Source of the DNA: Eledone cirrhosa
Lineage: Eukaryota
Length of the DNA stretch: 64,000 bases
Assembly: GCA_964016885.1 (NCBI GenBank)
Contig: OZ024743.1
Location: forward strand, 78,058,001-78,122,000
Direction: 5' to 3'
Under the pieces are notes generated by a model. The model was given only the letters and a program-made list of their open reading frames with translations. It did not search any database and was not told the origin of the DNA. Numbering within the stretch: position 1 is the first letter of the stretch; each line of letters begins with the position of its first letter. A program made the translations under genes and the position numbers. Shown here piece after piece: positions 26,080 to 36,417 of the stretch.

Positions 26080-26090
<11 letters not shown>
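25369..26090 (-). mobile_element. Non-autonomous deletion derivative of the same Helitron, in tandem
   Basis: 25369-25515 matches the 3' end at 19929-20078 and ends in CTAG on the - strand. The 5'-end motif CACACATCCTCGCTTTTATATA lies at ~26066-90, and an extra 5'-end copy lies at 25176-25350. Confidence 0.85.
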
Positions 26091-26155
<65 letters not shown>

Positions 26156-26160
<5 letters not shown>

Positions 26161-29100
26161 GCCCCTCTGTTCTGTCCCTGTTCAATTTTTCATTATATAA
26201 AACACACGCTCACACGGCTTCCATCCTTGGAACTTAACTTAACAACCGGCTCAACCCCGATTTAATCCGCCGTGACCTTTCTCCGAACTTTACACACCTT
26301 CCCACACTTTGTCTTTCCTTCCACGCATTACCTCTGTTTGATTTTGTTACCGTACCCTTTTTTTCCGTATAAGATCCTTTGCCTGTGTTCTTACAATTGT
26401 ATTTCTATGATTTTTTGTTCACGATCGCCTGTGTTACTACCTTTATGATTTTTTGTCTTTAATTTTCCGGTGTTTACTCACCCCTCCCTACGTTTTTCTG
26501 TTTCTTTTTCCCTTCCCCGTCTCTGCCTATCCTTCGCACTCACCCCTTCGTTCACTCCACTCCGCTTCACACCCCTGCCCTCTCATCCCTCCCCCTGCTT
26601 TCACCCAACGCCCATCATGCCCAACCTGAGATCCTTTCTCCACCAACTCCACAATCGCTTCAAACTTTTCCTCTACACTTCCACCCCTCCCCGCTGCTTC
26701 CCCCTCCATGCAACGTATCCTCACCCGATCCTCACGCCTTCTGATGCGCAACTCCATCCGCGCCTCCCGTTCCACCCTCCGCCTACTTGACCACCAACTG
26801 ACCCCCACCCTCCTCCGCCTTTACTCCACCTGCCACCCCCTCCTCGCCCAAGCCATCCTCTCCTTCATCCACAACCTCAACCACAACCTCTTCTCGTTCC
26901 TCAGCTCCACCAAAGCCCGCAAGCTACACTCACTCTCCCCCCCCCCCCATCCACCACCACCCGCCCATCCCCATACGCCCACCACTCTCCACCTCTCCCC
27001 CGACCCACCAATCTCCATATCCCTACCCAATCTCCACCCTCTACCTCACCCCTCACCACACCCTCCCTTCCCTCCCCAAACACCCAAACCCCACCCCTTG
27101 TTGTCACCATACCCCCTGACCTCCCCCTCTCCGCACCTGAGCGCTCACTCCTTAGTAGAGGCCTTCGCTTCATACCCCACACTCCGCTCAGCGACGAGTT
27201 CCGCACCCGAACGGAAGTCGAACGATTCGTGCGACGCACTAAGCTACAGGCACATTTCAGCCGAACGCCACCGGCTCCGGACGCCCCAGACCCGTTTCTC
27301 GCCCTGGGCCGACGACCATCGTCTTGGACGCCGGCCCCAGGGCAATTTAGCACCCTGGACGCCTTCGTCGATGCCAGCCGTAGCGCAGTAAATCGTTTCG
27401 ACTTCCGCCACCGTTCCAAACGGCACAATATCTCACGGGGCGAACTCCTCGCTCTCCGCTCCCTCCGTAGCCGAGATGACATCGTCATCCAACCGGCGGA
27501 CAAGGGAGGCGCCGTGGTGGTGTGGAGCGCTGACCTCTACACGGCTGAAGCCCTCGGACAGCTCCGTAACCCCCTCTTTTACCGCCCTCTACCCTCCGAT
27601 CCCACCCCCCTCTACCAACAACAAGTCTCCTCCACCATCAAAGACCTTATCGCCTCCTCCCTCCTCCCCCCACCGCTTCCCACCTCATCGCCCGCACCCC
27701 CACCATCTACTTCCTCCCCAAACTCCACAAACCCGACAACCCCGGCCGCCCCATCGTCTCCGCTTGCAACTGCCCCACCGAACTCATCTCCGCCTTTCTC
27801 GACTCCCTCCTCGCCCCCCTTGTCACCACCCTCTCCTCCCACATCTCCGACACCAACCACGCCCTGCGCCTTTTCGACTCCTTCACCTACCTACCCGGCC
27901 CTCAGCCATTCCTCTTCACCCTAGACATCAAGTCCCTCTATACCGTCATCCCCCACGCCGACGACCTTCGCGCCCTCAAACACTACCTCCACCTTCGCCC
28001 CTCCCCCATTCCCTCCACCCCCACCCTCCTTCGCCTCGCCGAGCTGGTCCTCACCCTAAATTGTTTCTCCTTCTCGGGTGAGTTTTACCAACAGGTCACG
28101 GGGGTAGCCATGGGCACAAGAATGGGCCCGAACTATGCCAACCTTTTTGTTGGCCATGTTGAGGCCCAAATCTTTGCTCAGTACACCGGCCCCACGCCCG
28201 AACTGTACGGTCGTTACATTGACGACTGTATCGGAGCCACCACCCTCACCCGAGAACAACTCGACTCCTTTCTCTCCTTCTTCTGCTCCTTCCACCCCTC
28301 CCTCCACTTCACCACTTCTATCTCCACCACCCACGTCCACTTCTTAGACATCTCCGTCGCCTTCGACCCCTCCCACCACTCCCTCGTCACCTCCGCATTC
28401 TTCAAACCCACCGACTCCCACTCTTACCTCGACTTCACCTCTTCCCACCCCACCCACACTAAACTCTCCATTCCCTACTCCCAACTTCTCAGGATACGCC
28501 GCCTCTGTAGCCGTGATGCTGACTTCGAGTCCCAGGCCCTTTCCCTAGTCAGCCATTTCATCCGCAGAGGTTACCCCCTCTCTCGTCTACACCGCTCTCA
28601 CCCGCGCCCGTGCTATCCCCCGCTCCACCACCCTCACCCCACGCCACCGCACACCCACCCACCGTCTCCCCTTCCCCATCACCTACCACCCCTCCACCTT
28701 ACCCCTCCACCGCACCATCTGCCGCCTCTTCCGACGCCTCCAGTCCGACCCCTCCATCTCCCACATCTTCCCAACCCACCACTCCCCTCCTTTAAACGCG
28801 CACGCAATCTCCGCACCCTCCTCGTCCACAGCTCCCTACCCCACAACCCACGCTCCGGTTCCCCCCCGGTTCCTTCCCCTGTTCTAGGCCCCGCTGCAAC
28901 ACCTGTCCCCACATCACCAACACCACCACCTTCCAGGGTCCCAACGGCCACTCTCTCTCGGTCCGGCATGCCTTCCGCTGCACCTCCTCCAACCTAGTCT
29001 ACGGACTTCGTTGCACGGAGTGCAGCGCGACTTATGTCGGACAGACGGGACGTCGCCTGGCGGACCGAGTCACTGAGCACCTCCGGGATATTCGTCTCGG

Positions 29101-30710
29101 GGGCAGTTCCTCCATCGCCCGCCACTTTGGTGGCCCTGGACACTCCGCACGCCATCTCACAGTCTGTGGCCTACTCCAGTGCTACGGAACACCCGCCCAT
29201 CGCCTTACGGTCGAACAACGCACTATCTTCATCTTACAGACCCACACTCCCCCCCAGCCTGAACTCCCCACCCTTATTCCTTTAGCGTTCGACCGCCCCC
29301 CTCCCCCCACACTTATCCCCCACTAACACCACTAACACACCCCTCCTTTTCACCGCCCACCCCACACTAACAATACTAACACCTCTACTCCACCCCTCAT
29401 CTGACCACCCTTCCCCAACTAACATACTAACATCCCTTGCCTCCCCTCTTCTCCTCCCCCCTCCTTATCACACGCACCCACTTACACCACCCACCCCACA
29501 CGCAACTAACATCACTAACACCCCCAACCCCACGCACACGTACCCACACACCCTCGTACACCCCCAACTCTACACACCCTACCACTACTAACCCCCACTC
29601 ACACCTGCATTCCACCCCTCCCCACCTCCCGTATACTAACACCCACTAACACCTCTTCACCAAACTACACACACACCAGTACACCACACTCCCTCCATAG
29701 AACCACACACACCCTTCTCTCCCCGCTCCACACTCACTCATCCCACTAACACCCCTACTAATACACACACACACACACACACACACCCTCCTCACTCCAA
29801 CTCTCACACCTACCCATCCTCGCCTCCCTACCATTCCACCGACTGCTGCTATGCCCTTCCCACCACCTCTCAGCACCAACTGACCACAGCACTCCCACTG
29901 CTGACCACTTCCTGTTGCGCGCGCACCCCACATCTCTCCTCTTCCGACCACCGCTTCTTGGATTAACCACACGCGAAATTGACTTCTAACCAAATCTCCA
30001 AACATCCGTGGAACTTACCAACTTTTCAACCATCCTCTTACACCATCACCTATATAACTCACCCACACACACACCCCCAAAAAATTTTTTTATCCACACG
30101 CCACCCACACCCACAACACGCTTAAACCACACACACGTGCTTCCCACCACATATTTACACCCTCAGCCTCCTGATTCCTCTCCCCCCCCCCATCCACACA
30201 CGCACAGACACTCCGACCCACAAAAACACCCCCCACACACACCTTCCTGAACATGCAACCCCGTTCTTCCCCCAACCCTCACTTTCACATACACACACAC
30301 ACACACGCACACATAACCACACACACCACCTTCAGCCCTCCCCGCTCGGACACCCCGTCTCCCTCTCCCCACTCCACCCGCCACCACCCCTACTCACCCC
30401 ACACCCTTCCACCACCTGTTTACCCCCCTTTTAATTTTAGTTTATTTTGATCATGCCTTTATTTTTAAATTTTCTCATTCCTTGTATTTTGATCATGCTT
30501 TATTTTTATTTATTATATTTTTTGTCTTTATTTGTTAATTTTTCATTCGCACCGTTTCCTTTCGCTTTATGTCTCTCCACCACTCCCCTACAAACCTTTT
30601 GAACTCTGTTCCCACACACTTCTCACCTACCCCCCACTCTCCTGAGCGTGAATTTAATAAACATTTATTGTACTGCCTCTCTGTTCTGTCCCTGTTCAAT
30701 TTTTCATTAT
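26156..30710 (+). mobile_element. Near full-length C-rich Penelope-like element (Neptune-type) inserted in (TA)n
   Basis: IQPADKGGAVV, YFLPKLHK, GRPIVS, LDIKSLYT, GVAMGT, RYIDDC, HFLD, linker CSRPRCNTC, and GIY-YIG NLVYGLRC..YVGQTGRRL..R..EH. A ~42-bp terminal direct repeat GTACTGCC.CTCTGTTCTGTCCCTGTTCAATTTTTCATTAT occurs at 26156 and 30670. Several frameshifts. Confidence 0.93.
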
Positions 30711-30720
30711 ATATATATAT

Positions 30721-30770
<50 letters not shown>

Positions 30771-30879
30771 CATAATATATATATACCCCAATCCACTACC
30801 CCTACCCTATCCTCCCACTAACACCAACGTCTCTCTGTAAAGTTGGTATCACAACATCCAATCCAAATAAATGAGATAA

Positions 30880-31150
30880 TGAGATCGAGATCGTGTAGGT
30901 GTCATGACAAAAAAACACACAGTGACGCTGTAATGTGGCCGTGTAGGTAACACGGTAAAAAGTTCCCAGTCCACACTGTAAATGTGGTTGGTGTTAGAAA
31001 GGGCATCCAGCCGTAGAAAACCTGCCAGATAGTCCTATATGAGCGAGACACAGCCACCTGACCAACCTTGCCTCAAGTGGGACAACTCCCGTCTAACCCA
31101 TGCTAGCATGGAAGATGGACGTTAAACGAAAATGAGGATGATGATGCTAA
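30880..31150 (+). mobile_element. SINE/RTE-type 3' tail fragment
   Basis: AAGGGCATCCAGCCGTAGAAA..CCGTCTAACCCATGCTAGCATGGAA..GGACGTTAAACG followed by (GAT)n; recurs at ~51605, ~58430 and ~62330. Confidence 0.75.
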
Positions 31151-31617
31151 TGATATATATATCATATATATATATATATATATATAATATGATTTTGGTG
31201 TTTCTATGTGGTTGCTTGGTCTGCATTATATAGTTGTCAGAAGTTGCTGGAATCTTCGTTGCTTTCCCATAATAGAATCGATGAAATACCTTTTCTCCAT
31301 TTCCCTGAATCTGGAAGTTTCTGCTGAAGATAGAATAGAAATTTTCTATTACCACAGCTTGTATACATGTTATGTCATATCATATTCTGTATCTATAAAT
31401 ATATCATATAAGAGTTAATCGCTGTTTTGTCAGTGTGAAGTATTCAACGAAGGACATAACATTCTCTATTCCACAGCTTGTATGTATATCATGTTAATAT
31501 TATATTCTGTATTTATAAATATACCAGAAAAATATATAGTAGCAAGAGTTAATTGCTGTTTTTCCTCTCTAAAGTATTCTAATAGGTGAAAAGATTTTTA
31601 AAAAAACTGTATTAAAC

Positions 31618-31669
31618 ATGACTGAAATTGAAGTATATCAACGAAGAACAGGGAATCAATTAAATACAG
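31618..31669 (+). CDS. Candidate first coding exon of the SLC22-like gene (MTEIEVYQRRTGNQLNT+G)
   Basis: AAACATG context, open frame to a CAG|GTAATT donor in phase 1, matching the phase-1 acceptor at 33749. There is a possible upstream acceptor TAG| at 31585. No homology support. Confidence 0.45.
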
Positions 31670-32025
31670 GTAATTAATTTAATTTCTGTTTATACCTGTC
31701 ATTTGATTAACATATCTTAAGATTTTACAAACTAATTATTGTAATAATAATTTACTTCTACAAATGTTGGTATATTAACCTAAGAAATGTATTAATTTAC
31801 TGTATTTTACCGGAGTTTAAAATATAAATCTAATTAATTAAACTTTCAAATAATTACACTACTTGAATCTGCTGTCTTGATTCTACAGGCATGTACCTTA
31901 TATTGGTGAATTCGTAGAGTCATTAAAGCATTAGATAGAATGTTTTGCAGTATGTGTTTCCAGCTCACTATGCACTGAGTTCAAATCTTCCCTAGGTCAA
32001 CTTTGTCTTTCATTCTTTTGAGATC

Positions 32026-32773
32026 TGTAACGGATAGGTTGTATTCTTTGTATGGTAGTTTTGATGAAAAGAAAAATGCCATGATTGAGTTGTTAACAAT
32101 GTTTATTTTACAATAACAATATTCGATTTTCACATCGCATCGAGCAATATTATTTATAACATAAACCGTCGCTACTTTAAATTGGTAGCTCTACGAGCTA
32201 CGTGAATGCATGTATCAGAGAATACGATATAGTATATAAGTTGTGTTGTGTCTTGCAGATACCATATTACAGGAAGAAATGGATGAGAGTATAATGTTAA
32301 AATATGAACTTACTATGTGTGTGTGTGTGTGTGTGCCTATTCTTAGTATACGTTATTGTCTTAGTAGTAGTGGTCAATCTGTCAGGCAGGCATGGCTGGC
32401 TGTCTGGCTGTTTGGGTGGCCGAGGAGGTAAACCAGTAAGGGCCAGGAGAAAGATAGAGTGAAAGCTCTACTGATGCTACATCGCTTATCTTGTTGATTG
32501 CCGCTTCGTGTCTGAACTTTGGGTTCCCTAACTCCTTGTATTTATAATAAGTGCTAAAGTTACAAGGATGGATATATGAGGTTGATTTATGGTCGGCCCT
32601 GTGGTTAGTGTCTCCCAAGAGGTTGAAGTCACAGGTCAAATAGAATGTATATTTATCATCGTTGCCTTGAAAGACAATGGTGAGAACTTCCAACGATAGA
32701 TTGTCCCAGAGGCGTGAAATCTCAGATTCGGTTTCGAATCTTCACCAGTAAAACATAGGAGTATTTCGTTATA
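32026..32773 (-). mobile_element. Solo LTR (Gypsy-type 4-bp TSD) inserted in a SINE
   Basis: TGTAAC...GTTATA ends with TSD GATC at 32022-25 and 32774-77. The flanks rejoin into a Nin-like SINE. Confidence 0.8.
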
Positions 32774-32825
32774 GATCGATATCAAAAGTACCAGTCTAGT
32801 ACTAGAGTTTATTCTCTCCCCCACC

Positions 32826-32856
<31 letters not shown>

Positions 32857-33129
32857 TCTGTGTTCAGACCTGAACACGTCACTATTCCCCCACCCCACCC
32901 CCCTACGACTTCATCAGGATTTGCCAGTCCATACATACGACACATCTTTCTTGTGTCTGTTACTACTGTTGTTGATTTCATACTCGTCTGCCTTTTCTGT
33001 GTCTGCTACTAATGGTACCAAATTAAGAAACAGTCATATTGCTGTTGTTATTGCTGTTGTGTTGTCGTCAATATAACAGGAACCTTTGACTATACACTGC
33101 AGAAATTTTAAGCGAAAGAGAAAGTCGAT

Positions 33130-33295
33130 TAAACTGACTCCAGTGTATGACTGGTACTTTATTTTATCAACCCCGTAAGGACGAAAGGCAAAGCTAACCT
33201 CAGCAGGATTTGAACTTAGAACAGAAAGGAACGTAACTATTATATACCGCAAAGCATATTGTCTGACACTCTACCGATACTGCCAATCCACGGCC
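33130..33295 (-). mobile_element. Nin/Deu-domain-like SINE
   Basis: CTGGTACTTTATTTTATCAACCCCGTAAGG..AAAGGCAAAG..GGATTTGAAC. Confidence 0.8.
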
Positions 33296-33748
33296 CTTAT
33301 TTACTATGCAATAATGAGATTTGTATGTATGTGTGTGTGTGTGTTGATGTGGATGTTGGTGGGTTGGAGGGGGAGGGGGTGATCATATCTGGATGTTTGA
33401 AAAAATAAATTTCTAAAATAAGTACCAGACTTGAAAAAATAAGTACTGAGGTCTATATTATCAACTAAATCTTCTCAAGCCAGTGCCCCAGCATGACTGC
33501 AGTCTAATGAAAGAACCCAGCAAAAGAATAAATATTTACCACATCTTCCAAACATACTGTTAGTAGATAGCGTTCCCTTTCTTCTGCCTCTCACTGTTAC
33601 TCATTTCCATCCAATAAACACTCTTTTCTCCTTTTTTTGCCTTTCCCTTCAACGACATAACATACATATGCCAGCAGATTTAATATGATAGATTATAGAT
33701 ACTATTCTAGATTATATGACTTTTAACATTTGTTATTTCTAATTTCAG

Positions 33749-34119
33749 AAATATCAACTACTAATATCAAACTACTACCGGAAAAATGTTTTCTTTATGG
33801 TCCTTATCAACGCCAGTTGTTCATTTTATTACTGTCCCTGTACTTTTGCATAGTATTGCCATCAATGAGTTTGATATTTATCAGTGCCAACGTCCCTTTC
33901 TTATGCTACCCTCCAGGCTTTAATGCTTCTGCAATTCCTCCAAATCTTACAGAGAATCAATATTTACACATGTTTCAACCTGGCCCCAATCAATGTTTTG
34001 TGTATAACAACAGTATCACTGAGATATATTATTCAATGTCACCCAGTAATTTATCTACACTACCCTGTTCCTATGGACGGAAGTTTATGACAGACAATTT
34101 TTCTTCAACCGTAAGTGAG
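33749..34119 (+). CDS. SLC22-family transporter exon: TM1 and large Cys/N-glycosylated extracellular loop
   Basis: TTTCAG| acceptor; G.YQ motif, TM1, FLC..QC..PC..STVSE; donor GAG|GTGAGT in phase 0 joins FDLVC of the next exon. Confidence 0.85.
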
Positions 34120-34182
34120 GTGAGTTGGTAATCTATTAAATCTAGTGAAATGAGAGGTAAGGTCACATCATTATTATTAACT

Positions 34183-34700
34183 AGTATCGGTAGAGGGTCG
34201 GACGCCATGCTTTGCAGCAAAGAATTACGGCCCTTTATGATCTGAGTTCAAATCCCGCCAGGGTTAACTTTGCCTTTCATCCTTACGGGGTCGATAAAAT
34301 AAAGTACCAGTAATGCACTGGGATAATTGCTGGCCTTGTGCCAAAAGTAGAAATAATTATTATTAACAATGGCGATGGATTGGCAGTATCGGTAGAGGGT
34401 CGGACGCCATGCTTTGACTCGTAGAGTTACGGCCCTTGCCATTCTGAGTTCAAATCCCGCCGAGGTTAACTTTGCCTTTCATCCTTACGGGGTCGATAAA
34501 ATAAAGTACCAGTAATACACTGGGTTATTGCTGGATTTGTGCCAAAAGTACAAACAATTATTATTAACTAGTAAGAGCAGCAGTATTGGTAGAGCGTCTG
34601 ATACCCTGCTTTGTGGCATAGAGTTACGGCCCTTTATGCTTTGAGTTCAAATCCCACCAATATTAACCTTACCTTTCATCCTTACAGGGTCGATAAAAAG
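34183..34700 (+). mobile_element. Three head-to-tail Nin/Deu-domain-like SINEs
   Basis: Repeated unit separated by TTATTATTAAC; the third copy is 3'-truncated. Confidence 0.88.
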
Positions 34701-35343
34701 ATCAAGCTTTGTATCAGTGTCTGTTTGCTGGTTTCCTGTCTTTGTTACGCTATATTAATGTGGAAGGAGAAAGAAATGGTGGTGTTGAGGCAAGGAAAAG
34801 AAGGAAGAAAGTATTATAAGAAGTTGATTAGCTACGTAGATATGTGAGAGATTAACAGCGTACGGGGGTGAGGGAAATATTAAGTAGTTAGCCAGCAAGC
34901 GAGACATGTAATATGGGGAGCACAATTATATACAGGGAGAGCTGGGACAAAGAAGATGTAGCATAATCAAGGGTATCATTAACTGCTTAATGAACACAAC
35001 CACAAGGATATGGACGCCCACTGTCATCGCCTCCATCTCTCTCGCCCTCCACATCTCTCTGTATGGTGAGCAAATGTGGTCCCATGTGCTGGCCTCCCAA
35101 CAGCCCTGGCGGACAGAATGGAGAAGGTGTTTCCCCGGAGGATGGTAAGGCAGATGTGCTAGAAGAGCCATTCCAATTGGCGAGGCTCACACCTGTGCAC
35201 TGGCATCAATTTAATTGATTTCACCTGCCACCAAATTTTTGACCTTGTGCCAATAGTAGAAATCTTTATTATTAACTAGTCTGTAACCAATTCTTTTATG
35301 GAGTAAGTAATATTTGATTTCTATAATAAATTGTAACAAAGCT

Positions 35344-35845
35344 ATCATCATCATCATTTTATGTTTGCTTTCACATGGTTGCATGAGCTGGGCAAGTCTT
35401 TTTCAGCTCGGTATACTCCATCATTTTCATTGGGACCTTCAGTGATTTGAGATCAGCTTTCACTACCTCCATCCAAGTCTCCCTTGATTTCCTTCTGCTG
35501 CAGCTTATCTCCACTTGGATTTCTTGGCACTTCATCACCCAACAATCATCATCCACATGCATCACATGTTGATACCAGAGCAAACTTCTGTCTTGCACAG
35601 TACATCTGATTCCTTTCATATTCAATTTCTCTCTCAGCTCATCTATGTTTTGTCATTCACATGCATTAACATTAGACATCAACTGAAGCATTCTTGCTTC
35701 ATTTCTCTCCAGTCTTCATATAACCTCCGCACTCATTATGTATATCTCACTACCATGCAGCATTGCACATCACACACAGGCATCAAACAACCAGACTTTC
35801 GTTTGTAGTGAGGGACCTTTTGTTGTCAATAGAGGTAGAAGCCCT
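35344..35845 (-). mobile_element. RTE LINE 3' fragment
   Basis: GIRCTVQDRSLLWYQHVM, plus an (ATC)n tail at 35344. Confidence 0.75.
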
Positions 35846-35937
35846 CATCACTGTATTTCTAAAGTATTTTTTATGGCAAAATGATAAAATAAGCAAAATT
35901 GGAAATATTATTCATAACTTTGTTTAATTTCTTACAG

Positions 35938-36041
35938 TTTGATTTAGTGTGTGAGAGGAAATGGTTAAGATCCACTTTACAGTCAGTGTATTTTGTTGGT
36001 TACCTTATTGGATCACTGGTATTTGGTGATTTAGCTGACAG
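35938..36041 (+). CDS. SLC22-family exon (FDLVC..TM2..GDLADR), 104 nt
   Basis: TTACAG| and AG|GTAAG; translates FDLVCERKWLRSTLQSVYFVGYLIGSLVFGDLAD(R), the start of MFS motif A. Missing from the ORF track. Confidence 0.95.
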
Positions 36042-36104
36042 GTAAGATATATTTTTATTCAACTAAATCTTTTTCTTAAACAGAAAGAAAATAATATATA
36101 CAAC

Positions 36105-36143
<39 letters not shown>

Positions 36144-36417
36144 TATAATAATAATGATTTCTTTATTAACCACAAGGGTTTACATAAAGTAGACATTAAG
36201 GACAGTGCAGGACAATGCAGGACGGTACAAATGGGCATTTCTGCGTGTAAAAAAACAAAAACAGAGGATGTAACAAAAATAACAATGAAAATAACAATGA
36301 AAAATTCCCCAATAGGGGGGAGACTTCGGAGGGACATTTGTGGAGAAAGCCCAGTAAAAAGCCACAATGACCCTGACCACCAAGGCAAGTGCCCTCTCCC
36401 AGTTTTCCACCTTTAGT

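Noticed and set aside
16303-29285. Selenocysteine-recoding (Naiad-type) Penelope elements
   Set aside because: The conserved linker and GIY-YIG cysteines are ordinary Cys codons, and the breaks examined are frameshifts.
31315-31550. CTGAAGA plus hairpin as a hammerhead
   Set aside because: A consistent stem I and GAAA spacing could not be built.
32865-32925. CTGATGA on the - strand as a hammerhead
   Set aside because: No GAAA or stem III downstream; at best a deleted relic.
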